Shown: in pieces, positions 8,119 through 17,802 of the stretch | How positions within the stretch are numbered: the first letter of the stretch is position 1 | Layout of the letters: every line of letters begins with the position of its first letter | DNA from: an archaeon | Lineage (GTDB): Archaea; Iainarchaeota; Iainarchaeia; Iainarchaeales; GCA-2688035 | Direction: 5' to 3' | NCBI GenBank assembly: GCA_035290965.1 | Contig: DATDTD010000064.1 | Location: 108 to 64,107 of the forward strand | DNA length: 64,000 bases | Position numbers and translations under genes: made by a program | Notes under the pieces: generated by a model | What the model was told of the DNA's origin: nothing | The model's input: the letters and a program-made list of their open reading frames with translations, nothing else | Database searches by the model: none

Positions 8119-8877
8119 TCAGATTTTTATTTTCGCTTTCTGCCATTCCTGAATTAAGAGCTTTGAGGCTGTTTTTGTGTCGGGCAAACCCTGCTTCAAA
8201 AGCTTGTTTTTTTTCAATGCAAATTTTTCAAGTATTTCTTCAGATTCTGTTTCTTCAATGCCGAAATTTTCTTTTATTGCTTCGGGGTTTTTCAATAGAA
8301 TCCAGTCAATCAGCTCGAGTGCAACCTCTTCTGGCTGTTTCAGCTGCTCTGCATTTTTCGAGCTTACAAGCATTAGTTCAAACTCGTTTTTCTGCTCAAA
8401 GGGAATTATTCCCGGAGAATCCACAAGCAGGATTTTCTGGCTTATTCTTACAAACTGTTCTCCGCGCGTAAACCCCGCCTTTGGGGAAACCCTTGCAACC
8501 GCCCTTCCGCGCAGGGAATTTATTATGCTGCTTTTTCCCGTGTTGGGATAGCCAAGCACTCCTATTACAATCTGCCTGTTCGTGCTTGCTGTTTTCCCTA
8601 TTGTTTCGCGCAGCCTTCTAATCCCGCTTCTTTCCTTTGTGCTCAGAAAAACGCAGGGAGCGAATTTTTCCAGTGACTTTTTTTCCTTCAAAAGAGTTTC
8701 TTTGCTCGCAAGGTCGCTCTTGTTCAGCACAAGAATGAGTTTTTTTCCGCTGCGCAGAATCTTTGTTTCCGTAACAGAATTTCTTGTAAGCTCGGGAAAC
8801 CGCGCGTCTAACACTTCAAGCAGCAAATCGCTTTTTTCGATTATTCGTGAAACCCTTCCCATAAATCCCTTCTGCAT
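8119..8877 (-). CDS. circularly permuted ribosome-biogenesis GTPase (YlqF/RbgA/MJ1464-like)
   Basis: G4 (LNKSDL) precedes G1 (GYPNTGKSSIIN) and G3 (DSPG), which is the permuted order typical of this family. Confidence 0.8.
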   Translation of the reverse strand: MQKGFMGRVSRIIEKSDLLLEVLDARFPELTRNSVTETKILRSGKKLILVLNKSDLASKETLLKEKKSLEKFAPCVFLSTKERSGIRRLRETIGKTASTNRQIVIGVLGYPNTGKSSIINSLRGRAVARVSPKAGFTRGEQFVRISQKILLVDSPGIIPFEQKNEFELMLVSSKNAEQLKQPEEVALELIDWILLKNPEAIKENFGIEETESEEILEKFALKKNKLLKQGLPDTKTASKLLIQEWQKAKIKI

Positions 8878-8940
8878 AGATTCCTTTTAATTCAAAAAAC
8901 CTTAAATATTCGTTTCATTCATTATACTACTGGCTTTTTT

Positions 8941-9465
8941 ATGCAGGCAAAAAAAATACTCGCGATTCTCGCAGTGGCAGTTGTTGTGCTGATAATTTTT
9001 GTTTTTCTCCAGCCTGTTCTTTTTCCTTCTCCTAAAGAAAGCATTGAAAATCCGGATTACGTTGACCCCGGAGTTCTTGCAGGAACAGAGCTTCCGGAAG
9101 ACATTCCCGCGGGAATTCCAGTAACGGGAGTAGACTGCGAGCTCCAGCCCCGGCAGTCCTCAAAGGATTACTGCTATTCGATTCAGGCACAGGATACTAA
9201 CAGCGTGCAGCCCTGCCTGCAGATTTCAACTCTCGCGGAAAAAAACAGCTGCATCAAGGTTCTTGCAATGGACACTGCAGACATTTCTTTCTGCAATTAC
9301 ACTGAAAGCGCCTATTATCCCAATGACAATTCCAATGTGAAATATTCCTGCATTTCAGCAGTTGCGGAAGATTTTGGAGACGAAACAATCTGCAATGCGA
9401 TTCCAAGCGCCGAATGGAAAACCCTCTGCATCCAGAGAGTGCAGGAATACGTTCCGCTGAGCTGA
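8941..9465 (+). CDS. membrane-anchored or secreted Cys-rich protein, unknown function
   Basis: N-terminal TM/signal anchor (ILAILAVAVVVLIIFVFL) followed by a domain with about ten regularly spaced Cys. Confidence 0.5.
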   Translation: MQAKKILAILAVAVVVLIIFVFLQPVLFPSPKESIENPDYVDPGVLAGTELPEDIPAGIPVTGVDCELQPRQSSKDYCYSIQAQDTNSVQPCLQISTLAEKNSCIKVLAMDTADISFCNYTESAYYPNDNSNVKYSCISAVAEDFGDETICNAIPSAEWKTLCIQRVQEYVPLS

Positions 9466-9490
9466 AAAACTTTTTTTTCAATTTAAGGAA

Positions 9491-9832
9491 TCAGAGCAGT
9501 TTCAAATGCCTTACAAATTCGTCTATTGAATTTTCTTCAACAGGGCCTATGCCTATGCATGTCGCCTCTCCGCTTTCAATCTGCGTCAATCCAGCATCCT
9601 TTATGAGTGCAACGGGAAATTTTTTCCTAAGCCTTTCAAATAGTTCAAGAAGCTCTTTTTTTGTCTCAACCTTCAAAACAACTTTTTTCATTCCTGTTTC
9701 GCGCCAAGCCTCGACATCGCCATTGTGGGATTTGAGCATTGCCTCAATGCTTGCATGCGCACATTGAGCCGCGATTTTACCTTTCCCCATTTTTAAATCA
9801 GTTCTTACCACAAGAACCTGTTTTAGCGCCAT
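9491..9832 (-). CDS. pth2: peptidyl-tRNA hydrolase, archaeal type (Pth2)
   Basis: KQVLVVRTDLKMGKGKIAAQCAHAS...GLTQI..G..T..GIGP is the PTH2 signature. Confidence 0.9.
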   Translation of the reverse strand: MALKQVLVVRTDLKMGKGKIAAQCAHASIEAMLKSHNGDVEAWRETGMKKVVLKVETKKELLELFERLRKKFPVALIKDAGLTQIESGEATCIGIGPVEENSIDEFVRHLKLL

Positions 9833-9850
9833 AAAAAATCGTTTCCAATA

Positions 9851-10507
9851 TTATCCTTGCTTTCCAAAATGTTTTTGCCTGTAATGCTTTATAAGCCTTT
9901 TTGCTTCGGGAATGCAGTTCCTGTCCTGAACCCCTATCTTTGTCCTTTTCTGAACCTCTTCGAATGTTTTTGCTCCGTCAAGGACAGCCTCTTCAATATC
10001 CCTGTTTGTAATTTTCAGCGCCTTGTCAATTATTTTTGTGCCTTCTTCCTTTATTCTTTCGGACTGCTTTGTTTTCCTGAAATAATCATTAATGGCTTCC
10101 CTCAAAGCCTTGTCTCCGAGCACTGAACAATGGATCTTTCTTTCCGGCAGTCCCCCCAATCTTTTCATTATGTCCTGGGGAGAAAGTTTCATTGCCTTTT
10201 CAAGCTTCATTCCGCCTTTTTCAGTTACCATTACAGTCAGGATTGAAGTGGATGCAATCGCGCTTGCGCACCCGAAAGTCTGGAACTTGCATTCCCTTAT
10301 CCTGTCTTTTTTTGCGTCAACCTTTATCCATAATTTCATTACGTCGCCGCAAACCGGGCTCCCTATTGTCCCTACTCCGTCAGCCTTGTATTTTTTCGCC
10401 TCTTCCTTTGTCTTGAAAATATTCCTCGGGTTGAAAAAATGGTCCTTTACTTTTTCCGAATAAAACCATCCCTCTTTTCCCACTACATCGGGCTTGAATC
10501 CTTTCAT
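9851..10507 (-). CDS. nifU: NifU/IscU-like Fe-S cluster scaffold with a C-terminal BFD-like [2Fe-2S] region
   Basis: Scaffold cysteines are present in GSPVCGD, FGCASAIASTS and KIHCS. The C-terminal ITNRDIEEAV...EEVQKRTKIG....C resembles a BFD domain. Confidence 0.8.
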   Translation of the reverse strand: MKGFKPDVVGKEGWFYSEKVKDHFFNPRNIFKTKEEAKKYKADGVGTIGSPVCGDVMKLWIKVDAKKDRIRECKFQTFGCASAIASTSILTVMVTEKGGMKLEKAMKLSPQDIMKRLGGLPERKIHCSVLGDKALREAINDYFRKTKQSERIKEEGTKIIDKALKITNRDIEEAVLDGAKTFEEVQKRTKIGVQDRNCIPEAKRLIKHYRQKHFGKQG

Positions 10508-11685
10508 CTTCCCACATCCTTTTTGCTTAATTCAACAGGGCTTAAAGCCCTGAGCTTCTCAATTATCGGCGGCAGTTTTTTTATTACAAAATCAATTTCC
10601 TTTTTTGTAGTCCTTTTGCCGAGAGAAAACCTTATGCTCCCGTGCGCAATTTCATAGGGGATGCCTGTTGCAACAAGCACATGGCTCGGTTCAAGGGAAT
10701 GGGAAGTGCAGGCAGAACCAGAGCTTACGCAAACCCCGAACTTGTCAAGGTAAAGAATAATTGCCTCTCCTTCAACATCCAGAAAAGAAATATTTGCATT
10801 GTTCGGCAGCCTTTTTGAAGGATGCCCCTGCAGAATGCTTTTCGGGATTTTTGCCAAAAGGCTTTTTGTTAGATAATCCCTCAAAGCGATTAATCTTTTT
10901 GCTTCCTTTTTCCTTTCTCCCTGTGCCAATTCCAATGCCTTTGCAAGCGCAACAATTCCAAGAACATTTTCCGTCCCTGCTCTCAAAGAAAATTCCTGCG
11001 CTCCCCCGTGAATCAATGGCTCTATCTTAGTGCCTTTTTTAACAAACAATAATCCTGTTCCCTTCAAAGCATAAATCTTGCTTCCATTGATAGTCATTAA
11101 GTCAACGCCGAGTTTTTCCACATTGATTTCCTCAAAGCCTGCGGCCTGGCAGGCATCAGTATGGAACAAAACATTGTGCTTTTTTGCAATGCGCGCAATT
11201 TCCTTTACAGGCTGAATTGTTCCGATTTCATTATTCGCATACATTATTGAAATCAAGATTGTATCCTTCCTGATTGCATTTTCAAGCTGCTTAAGGTTAA
11301 TCATTCCAAACTTATCTACATCGAGATAAGTTATTTCAAATCCCATTTCCTTTTCCAGCCATTCGCATGCATTCAGCACTGCGTGATGCTCTGTTTTCTG
11401 AGTAATAATATGCTTTCCCTTTTTGCGCAACGCAAAAGCAACTCCCTTGATTGCAAGATTGCATGACTCTGTTCCCGAGCCAGTGAAAATTATTTCTTCC
11501 GGAGAACAGCCCAAGATTTTTGCAATTTTTTCCCTTGCAGAATTCACTGCCTTTTTTGCTTCAAGCCCTATTGAATGGAAGCTTCCGGGATTCCCGAATT
11601 TTTTTTCAAGGAAAGGCGCAATTTCCCCTGCAACCTCATGCCTTGTGTAAGTAGTGGCTGCATGGTCCAGATAAATTCTCTGCAT
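10504..11685 (-). CDS. nifS: cysteine desulfurase (NifS/IscS class)
   Basis: MQRIYLDHAATT start, a SIMYANNEIGT segment, the PLP-Lys region (TINGSKIY) and the active-site SSGSACTS. It overlaps nifU by 4 nt. The ORF track extends to a TTG at 11703. Confidence 0.9.
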   Translation of the reverse strand: MQRIYLDHAATTYTRHEVAGEIAPFLEKKFGNPGSFHSIGLEAKKAVNSAREKIAKILGCSPEEIIFTGSGTESCNLAIKGVAFALRKKGKHIITQKTEHHAVLNACEWLEKEMGFEITYLDVDKFGMINLKQLENAIRKDTILISIMYANNEIGTIQPVKEIARIAKKHNVLFHTDACQAAGFEEINVEKLGVDLMTINGSKIYALKGTGLLFVKKGTKIEPLIHGGAQEFSLRAGTENVLGIVALAKALELAQGERKKEAKRLIALRDYLTKSLLAKIPKSILQGHPSKRLPNNANISFLDVEGEAIILYLDKFGVCVSSGSACTSHSLEPSHVLVATGIPYEIAHGSIRFSLGKRTTKKEIDFVIKKLPPIIEKLRALSPVELSKKDVGR

Positions 11686-11710
11686 TTGCACACCGTTTTT
11701 CAAAAAAGGC

Positions 11711-12043
11711 TTAATTTATTTTCCTGCATTTTCCCATGCAGTTTTTCTGGAAATGATTTTCCATTATGCTCAAAAAAGCCGGAGTTCCCGGCCGTATATT
11801 TCCCGCGGCTTTGCCGAGCGACTTGTCAAGGTTGTAAATCCTTTCCTTTCCGTTTGAAAGGCAGGAAACAAAATTGCAATCCCTGAGTTCCGCAAGCGCA
11901 TGGCTCACAGTGCTCTGCTTTGCGCCTGTTTTTCCGACAAGGGATTGCACGCTTTTCGGGCTTTCCGCAAGCGCCGCAAGAATCTTTATGCGCAGGTCGT
12001 TGCCCAGAGTTTCAAAGCACAGGTGATACGGAGTGTTTCTCAT
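11711..12043 (-). CDS. ArsR/SmtB-family winged-helix transcription regulator
   Basis: LGNDLRIKILAALAESPKSVQSLVGKTGAKQSTVSHALAELRDCNFV matches the ArsR HTH pattern. It is the first gene of the nifS-nifU string. Confidence 0.75.
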   Translation of the reverse strand: MRNTPYHLCFETLGNDLRIKILAALAESPKSVQSLVGKTGAKQSTVSHALAELRDCNFVSCLSNGKERIYNLDKSLGKAAGNIRPGTPAFLSIMENHFQKNCMGKCRKIN

Positions 12044-12057
12044 ATTAATCCCGACTC

Positions 12058-12077
12058 ATATGAATAATAATTCATAT
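12058..12077. promoter_or_regulatory. 8-4-8 palindrome ATATGAAT-AATA-ATTCATAT in the divergent arsR/acd intergenic region (candidate operator)
   Basis: Read directly. It lies 15 nt upstream of the arsR-like start codon. Confidence 0.45.
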
Positions 12078-12104
12078 AAACCCTTTTAAACCTGTGCGGA
12101 TGCA

Positions 12105-14318
12105 ATGCAAAAGATTATTAAAACAAAAAACACAAATTATCTGGCGTTTTTTTTGGATTCACTGCACAAGATGTTTGACCCGAAAACAATCTGCGTGATA
12201 GGCGCAAGCAGCAGGCAGAACAGCGTCGGTTTTTCCCTGATGAAAAACCTTGCGGGGACTGATTACAGGGGGACTGTTTATCCAGTAAATCCAAAAAGGC
12301 GCAGTGTTCTGGGAATACGCTGCTATAAGGGCATTCTCGATTTGCCTGAAAAAATCGATTTGGCAATAATCGCGACTCCCTCCTTTACTGTGCCTGATAT
12401 TGTAAGGGAGTGCGTCAAGGCAGATGCAAAATCAATTATTGTCCTGAGTTCCGGTTTCGGAGAAACAGGAAAAAAAGGAATGCTGCTCGAACAGGAACTA
12501 AAAAAAATAATTTCGGGAACAGGAATAAGAATGCTCGGGCCAAACTGCCTGGGTTATATACGCACTGACAAAAAAGTAAATGCAAGCTTTGCAATTCGGA
12601 ATGCGCTTCCCGGAAGAATGGCTTTAATCAGCCAGTCAGGCGCGCTCTGCTCGAGCATTCTTGACTGGGCTTTGAAGCAGCACGTGGGTTTCAAGTATTT
12701 CATTTCAATAGGCTCGATGGCAGACATTGATTTTTCGGATTTGATTGATTTTATAGGAAAGGATCCTGAGGTTGAAAGCATTGCGATTTACATGGAAACA
12801 ATAAAGGATGCGCGCAGGTTCATGAAAGCCGCAAGCAATTTTGCAAAAACAAAGCCGATTATTGTTGCAAAATCCGGAAAATTCGAGGAAAGCGCAAAGG
12901 CGGCTGTTTCCCACACAGGCTCAATGGCGGGAAACGATGCTGTTTTCGATGCCGCGTTCCAGAGGGCGGGAATTGTGCGCGTTGAAAACATTCTGGATTT
13001 GCTTGGCTGTTCAGAAGCACTGGCAAAACAGCCCCTGCCTAGAGGAAACAGGCTTGCAATAATAACAAATGCCGGAGGTCCCGGAGTAATGGCAGTCGAT
13101 GCTGCAATAATGCAGGGCTCGAAAATTTCCGTTCTTTCAAAAAAAGCCTTTTCTTCGCTTGAAAAAACAATGCCTGCCAACTGGAGCCACAGCAATCCGA
13201 TTGATTTGCTCGGCGATGCGGATGCGGAAAGATACGCCAATGCGCTTGATGCAGTCCTCAAAGAAAATTCAGTTGACGGAGCAGTGATTATTTTCAGCCC
13301 GCAGGCTGTTTCAAATCCCGAGGCAGTTGCTGAAATTGTTTCCGCAAAAGCGCGGCATTCCAAAAAAACAATCCTTGCCTGCTGGATGGGAGAATCTTTT
13401 GTCGAGCCAGCGCGTGAAATTCTGCGCAGGCATTCTATTCCCTGCTACAAGACTCCCGAAGAGGCAGTTCGTGTTTTCGGATACATGGATTCCTACAGGG
13501 AAAACAAAAAATGGCTTTTTGAAACTCCTTCCGCAAAGGAATTCCTGCCCAATCCTTCAAGAAAAAAAATACGCGAAAAAATTTCCGAGTACATTGCAAA
13601 GAAAACCCTTGTTTTGAACGAGCTTGACTCAAAGCAGATTCTTTCAGAATACGGGATTCCCGTGAACAAAACTCTTTTTGCAAAGAATGCAAAACAGGCT
13701 GTTTCAAAATCACTGCAGATAGGCTTTCCAGTTGCATTGAAAGTTGTTTCGAGTTCAATAACGCACAAAACAGATGCAAATGCAGTGGCTTTGAACCTTG
13801 CATCCAAAAAAGAAGTTGCAAAGGCTTTTTCCGAAATAATCAGGAATGCAAAAAAATCAGCTCCCAATGCAAAGATTTTAGGAGTTACTGTGCAGGAAAT
13901 GATTCCGCCCGGAAACCTTGAACTGATAATTGGTTCCAAAACAGACAATATTTTCGGGCCAGTAATCCTGTTCGGCTTCGGGGGAATTTCAACGGAAATT
14001 TTTCGCGACACAAGCATCGGGCTTCCTCCCTTGACGCAAAACCTTGCAAAAAGAATGATTGCAGGAACAAGAGTTTCAAGGCTGCTCTACGGGGAAAGAA
14101 AAAAATTCAAGATAAATGTTTCCGAGCTTGAAAAAATTCTTATTGGTTTTTCGCATTTTGCAGTCGACTTTCCTGAGGTTGAGGAAATAGACATTAACCC
14201 GATAATGGTTTCAAACAACAGGCTTTTTGCTGTTGATGCAAGAATAGTGCTTTCCGAAAAGGTTCTGCGCAAGGAAAAAAACTTTGTCGGGCTTGCAATT
14301 TCCCCCAAGGCAGAATAG
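12105..14318 (+). CDS. acd: ADP-forming acetyl-CoA synthetase (fused alpha/beta, NDP-forming acyl-CoA synthetase family)
   Basis: Contains a CoA-binding domain (FDPKTICVIGAS...VYPVNP), a succinyl-CoA-ligase-like region (SQSGAL, phospho-His loop SHTGSMAG) and a C-terminal ATP-grasp. An alternative start is MFDPK at 12171. Confidence 0.85.
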   Translation: MQKIIKTKNTNYLAFFLDSLHKMFDPKTICVIGASSRQNSVGFSLMKNLAGTDYRGTVYPVNPKRRSVLGIRCYKGILDLPEKIDLAIIATPSFTVPDIVRECVKADAKSIIVLSSGFGETGKKGMLLEQELKKIISGTGIRMLGPNCLGYIRTDKKVNASFAIRNALPGRMALISQSGALCSSILDWALKQHVGFKYFISIGSMADIDFSDLIDFIGKDPEVESIAIYMETIKDARRFMKAASNFAKTKPIIVAKSGKFEESAKAAVSHTGSMAGNDAVFDAAFQRAGIVRVENILDLLGCSEALAKQPLPRGNRLAIITNAGGPGVMAVDAAIMQGSKISVLSKKAFSSLEKTMPANWSHSNPIDLLGDADAERYANALDAVLKENSVDGAVIIFSPQAVSNPEAVAEIVSAKARHSKKTILACWMGESFVEPAREILRRHSIPCYKTPEEAVRVFGYMDSYRENKKWLFETPSAKEFLPNPSRKKIREKISEYIAKKTLVLNELDSKQILSEYGIPVNKTLFAKNAKQAVSKSLQIGFPVALKVVSSSITHKTDANAVALNLASKKEVAKAFSEIIRNAKKSAPNAKILGVTVQEMIPPGNLELIIGSKTDNIFGPVILFGFGGISTEIFRDTSIGLPPLTQNLAKRMIAGTRVSRLLYGERKKFKINVSELEKILIGFSHFAVDFPEVEEIDINPIMVSNNRLFAVDARIVLSEKVLRKEKNFVGLAISPKAE

Positions 14319-14329
14319 CGGAAACCCGC
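14317..14329 (+). promoter_or_regulatory. copy 1 of the conserved upstream element AGCGGAAACCCGC (upstream of nurA)
   Basis: Lies 63 nt upstream of the nurA ATG and is followed by the TATA-like GATTTTAAACAA. It overlaps the acd stop codon. Confidence 0.6.
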
Positions 14330-14379
14330 AGCCAGTTAGATTTTAAACAACCTTTTATTCTTTTTATTAATTGTTTCGC

Positions 14380-15480
14380 ATGCAGAACATAAACACTGTT
14401 ATTCAGGAGGCTGTTTCAAGCATTCAGGGCTTGGAGCAGAAAAGAAGCGTTTTTGCAAAAAAAATCCTTCCCTTTTTGAAAACAGACTTATCTTCTCTTT
14501 CTTCTCCCGAATTGCTTGAATCAAGGCTTGTTTTTCCCGTTGAAAAAATCCCCCTCGATTTCAGCATCGGCGGAGTAGATTCAGGCTTTGTGAGCAAGGA
14601 GCTTTTATCGCTTGATTTGGTTTTAGTTCGGACAGTTGGAGTGGTAATGAAATTCAAAAACAACTGCCTTGAAAAAGCGGATTATTACCCCAATTTTTTT
14701 TCCTTTCCCCTTCCCTTCCTGAGCAACCATGCGCTTGAACAGGACGAATTCGCCTGTTCCAAAAGCATCCGCAGGCTGCTCTCTGAAAACAACGCGGCAA
14801 AAAAAATAATTGAGCAGTTCAAGCCCAAATACTGTTTCCTCGACGGCAGCATTGTTCCGCAGTACCCCGACAAGCCGCGCAATGATTCTAAAATAAAGGA
14901 TTTTTACCACGAGCTGATTCAGAGCTTTCAGGATTTGTACAAAACAGCGGAAAAAAACAGCTGCACTTTAATTGCCTGCGTTGAAGATTCGCGTGGAAGC
15001 AGATTCAGAAGCATTCTGCAGGAACAGGTTTTGGAAAAAGCAAATGTTTCAAGCACTGCCCTGAACGACTGCTATGACGCAATCCTGCTTGATTATCTTC
15101 TTGAAACAGGGCAGAGAAGCATGGCTTTCAGGTATTCTCCTGAAATAGAAAAGCACCCTGTCCTTATGGATTTTGAAAAGGGATTTGCGGAGCGCGTGCA
15201 TGCTTTTTACATCAAGCCTGTTGCGCTTGACAGGCCTGTTCGGGTCGAATTTCTGCATTCCTCGCAGGACAATTTTTCGGATTTTGTGAATGAAATAGCG
15301 GGAATTGTTTTTTCTTTATCCTCCTTGCACAGGGAATATGCTTTTCCGAGCGTTTTGATTGAAGCAGACCTTCATGCGCGCCTGAAACCCGAAGAGATTG
15401 AAATCGTTTACCAGAAAATTCTTGACAAATTGAGCAAGAGCGTCAACCTGCGCATGCGCAGGAACAACAGGCCTTTCTAA
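14380..15480 (+). CDS. nurA: NurA 5'-3' nuclease (DSB end resection)
   Basis: NurA-like size and motifs (IGGVDSGF..., ...FLDGSIVP...). It sits in an operon with herA. Confidence 0.75.
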   Translation: MQNINTVIQEAVSSIQGLEQKRSVFAKKILPFLKTDLSSLSSPELLESRLVFPVEKIPLDFSIGGVDSGFVSKELLSLDLVLVRTVGVVMKFKNNCLEKADYYPNFFSFPLPFLSNHALEQDEFACSKSIRRLLSENNAAKKIIEQFKPKYCFLDGSIVPQYPDKPRNDSKIKDFYHELIQSFQDLYKTAEKNSCTLIACVEDSRGSRFRSILQEQVLEKANVSSTALNDCYDAILLDYLLETGQRSMAFRYSPEIEKHPVLMDFEKGFAERVHAFYIKPVALDRPVRVEFLHSSQDNFSDFVNEIAGIVFSLSSLHREYAFPSVLIEADLHARLKPEEIEIVYQKILDKLSKSVNLRMRRNNRPF

Positions 15481-15492
15481 AATGTGAGAAAA

Positions 15493-15690
15493 ATGCAGAA
15501 AAAAATTGTAAAGCTTTGTTCGCAGTGCGGTTCGCAGAGCTTAAAGCCTGCAGTTACACCCTGGAAGGCGCAGGCAGCGGCCTTCGGGCAGTACAAGTGC
15601 CTTGACTGCGGCTTTGAAGGATTTATCATAGAGGCGGATGAAAAATCCGCGGAAAAAATAAGGAAAAAACTGCGAACAAATAAAAAATGA
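15493..15690 (+). CDS. small Zn-ribbon protein embedded between nurA and herA
   Basis: CSQC-x27-CLDC four-Cys ribbon with a basic C-terminus. Its stop overlaps the herA ATG (ATGA). Confidence 0.55.
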   Translation: MQKKIVKLCSQCGSQSLKPAVTPWKAQAAAFGQYKCLDCGFEGFIIEADEKSAEKIRKKLRTNKK

Positions 15691-17264
15691 TTCCCGCCAA
15701 AAATAAAAGCACAAAACAAAAAAAAGGTTTTTTTATGGAAAAGGAAATCGGAACAGTTATTTCGGGAATGGATTCCCCGTCTCCCTCTGCGCTTGATTTT
15801 GTTGTAAACCAGGGAGTTGTGCATAGGGGGCAGTTTGTGGAGCTTGATTATTCCGAAGGCACAATGATCTGCCTTGTAACAGATGTTTACAAAACAAACA
15901 GGTATTTTGAAAGAGCCGAAAGCGTAAAGGAATTCGAAAGCTCGGGCACAAAGCTGTTTGAACAGTTTCCAACCGCAGAATGGGAATACTTGGTTGCAAA
16001 AACAAAACCCCTCGGAGTTTTCAGGGGCGGGCTTACAAAAAGAGCGACTCTTCCTCCTGGCCCAGGAACAAGGGTCAGGATTGCATCAGCGGAAAACCTG
16101 AAAACATTTTTTCATTTTTCAGACGACGGTGTTCTGCTTGGAACAGTTGAAAACCATAATCTGGAAGTAAAAATCTCAATGAACAATCTGCTGAAAAAAC
16201 ATCTTGCAATTCTGGCTTTGAGCGGAGCGGGAAAATCTTATTTGGTTTCTGTTCTGTTTGAAGAGCTTTTGGAAAGGAAAAAAGAATCGGGAAGAATTGC
16301 AACAATTGTTTTCGACCCTCATGGAGAATATTCAAGCTTTGCCGAGAGAATTCCTGAAAAGGGAAAAACAGATTACAGCAGCAGGACAATTCTGGTAAAG
16401 GCAGGGGACATAAAAATAGGAGTTTCAAAAATAAGCATTAATTTTTTGGATTCATTGATTCCCGGCTTGAGCAGCATAATGAAAAGAGACCTTGCAAAAA
16501 TACTCGATTCTCTGCAGAAAAAAATGCGCTCGGGAAAAGGCCCGTTTGATTTTCTGGATGTTGTGGAGGAAATAGAAAAAAGCAGCATTCACGAAAACAC
16601 GCGCAATGCGCTTCTCTCCTGGATTCACGGCCTCAATGAGTTGAATCTTTTCGGAAAAACAGACAATCCCGGAATTTTTGACCTTGCACAGCCGGGAAAG
16701 CTCACAGTGGTTGATTTGTCAGAATTAATCGACCTGAGAAAAAAGCAGATAATTGTTTCTTACATTTCAAGAAGATTGTTTTATGCACGGCGCGATAAAA
16801 GCGTTCCGCCTTTCCTCCTTGTTTTCGAGGAGGCCCACCAGTTCGCGCCCCAGCAAACATCCAAAGAGAGCGCAATCAGCAGGGGAATTATCCAGACAAT
16901 TGCAAGGGAAGGCAGAAAATTCGGGGCTTCGCTCTGTGTTATTTCCCAGAGGCCGATTCAATTGAGCACAACAGTCCTTGCGCAGTGCAACACGCATATC
17001 ATCCTCAGAATTACGAATCCCTATGATTTGAAACACATCGGCGAGAGTTCCGAAGGCCTTGATAACAGGGCTTTGGACATGATTAATTCTTTGCGCGTGG
17101 GAGAGGCGCTAATTGTCGGAGAAGCAACTCATTATCCGCTTTTTTTCAAGGTGCGCGAAAGAAAAAGCGCTGAAAGCCGGCACGAAATTTCCTTGGAAAA
17201 GGCGGGAATTGAATTTGAATCCGCAAAAGAGCAGAAAAATTCTGAAATGGAAGAATTTCTTTGA
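15687..17264 (+). CDS. herA: HerA hexameric DNA helicase/translocase
   Basis: HAS-barrel-like N-terminus, Walker A ILALSGAGKSY, Walker B FLLVFEEAHQFAP, and the downstream RKFG...SQRP. Confidence 0.9.
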   Translation: MIPAKNKSTKQKKGFFMEKEIGTVISGMDSPSPSALDFVVNQGVVHRGQFVELDYSEGTMICLVTDVYKTNRYFERAESVKEFESSGTKLFEQFPTAEWEYLVAKTKPLGVFRGGLTKRATLPPGPGTRVRIASAENLKTFFHFSDDGVLLGTVENHNLEVKISMNNLLKKHLAILALSGAGKSYLVSVLFEELLERKKESGRIATIVFDPHGEYSSFAERIPEKGKTDYSSRTILVKAGDIKIGVSKISINFLDSLIPGLSSIMKRDLAKILDSLQKKMRSGKGPFDFLDVVEEIEKSSIHENTRNALLSWIHGLNELNLFGKTDNPGIFDLAQPGKLTVVDLSELIDLRKKQIIVSYISRRLFYARRDKSVPPFLLVFEEAHQFAPQQTSKESAISRGIIQTIAREGRKFGASLCVISQRPIQLSTTVLAQCNTHIILRITNPYDLKHIGESSEGLDNRALDMINSLRVGEALIVGEATHYPLFFKVRERKSAESRHEISLEKAGIEFESAKEQKNSEMEEFL

Positions 17265-17346
17265 AAAAATTAATTTTTTTTCCAAATAGCACTTTTTAAA
17301 TATTTTTTGCTTCTCCATAATAGTGCCTTTTTTGGGGTGAAAAACT

Positions 17347-17667
17347 TTGGGGCTCAACAGTTTTATTTATTCTGCAAAGAAAAATACTCCAAAGGCAATT
17401 CCGTTCGACCCGAACAAAAAAATCGCTAATTTTATCGATGCAACCGGGGCTTCTGTTGTAAAATCAGATTCAGGAAACGGAAACGGCAATGGAAATGGCA
17501 ATGGGAACGGAAACTGCGGCTTCTCAAACGCAGCCGCGGAAAAATTCAACTGGGAATCCTGCCCGCACCTGAAAAAAACTTCTCCCCATACTCTCTGCAG
17601 GCGCTTCTTCAGCATTTGCGCAAAGGAAAAATGCAAGGGAAAGTTTTTGGAACTCGGCGACCAATAA
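17347..17667 (+). CDS. hypothetical small Cys-containing protein with a (Gly-Asn)7 repeat
   Basis: 106-aa ORF with a TTG start and no internal Met. It has five Cys in its C-terminal half. Confidence 0.35.
   Translation: MGLNSFIYSAKKNTPKAIPFDPNKKIANFIDATGASVVKSDSGNGNGNGNGNGNGNCGFSNAAAEKFNWESCPHLKKTSPHTLCRRFFSICAKEKCKGKFLELGDQ
17473..17514 (+). repeat. tandem hexanucleotide repeat (GGNAAY)x7 encoding (GN)7
   Basis: gga aac gga aac ggc aat gga aat ggc aat ggg aac gga aac, read directly. Confidence 0.9.
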
Positions 17668-17745
17668 AGCCTTTCGAAGCGCTCATTTCATTCGCTTTCG
17701 AAAGCCTTGGGAAAATGCTTCACAAATTGAAGCGAAAAGCGGAAT

Positions 17746-17758
17746 AGCGGAAACCCGC
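17746..17758 (+). promoter_or_regulatory. copy 2 of AGCGGAAACCCGC (upstream of the PolB-like ORF)
   Basis: Lies 57 nt upstream of the ATG at 17803. It shares the longer GAATAGCGGAAACCCGC with copy 1 and is followed by CCTTTTTAAGCG. Confidence 0.6.
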
Positions 17759-17802
17759 TGTCTAAAAGCCTTTTTAAGCGCCAAAACCCACTTCTTCTCT
17801 GT

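Noticed and set aside
17473-17514. Hexanucleotide tandem repeat considered as a CRISPR or minisatellite
   Set aside because: Six-nt units without spacers lie in frame within an ORF. This is a codon repeat.
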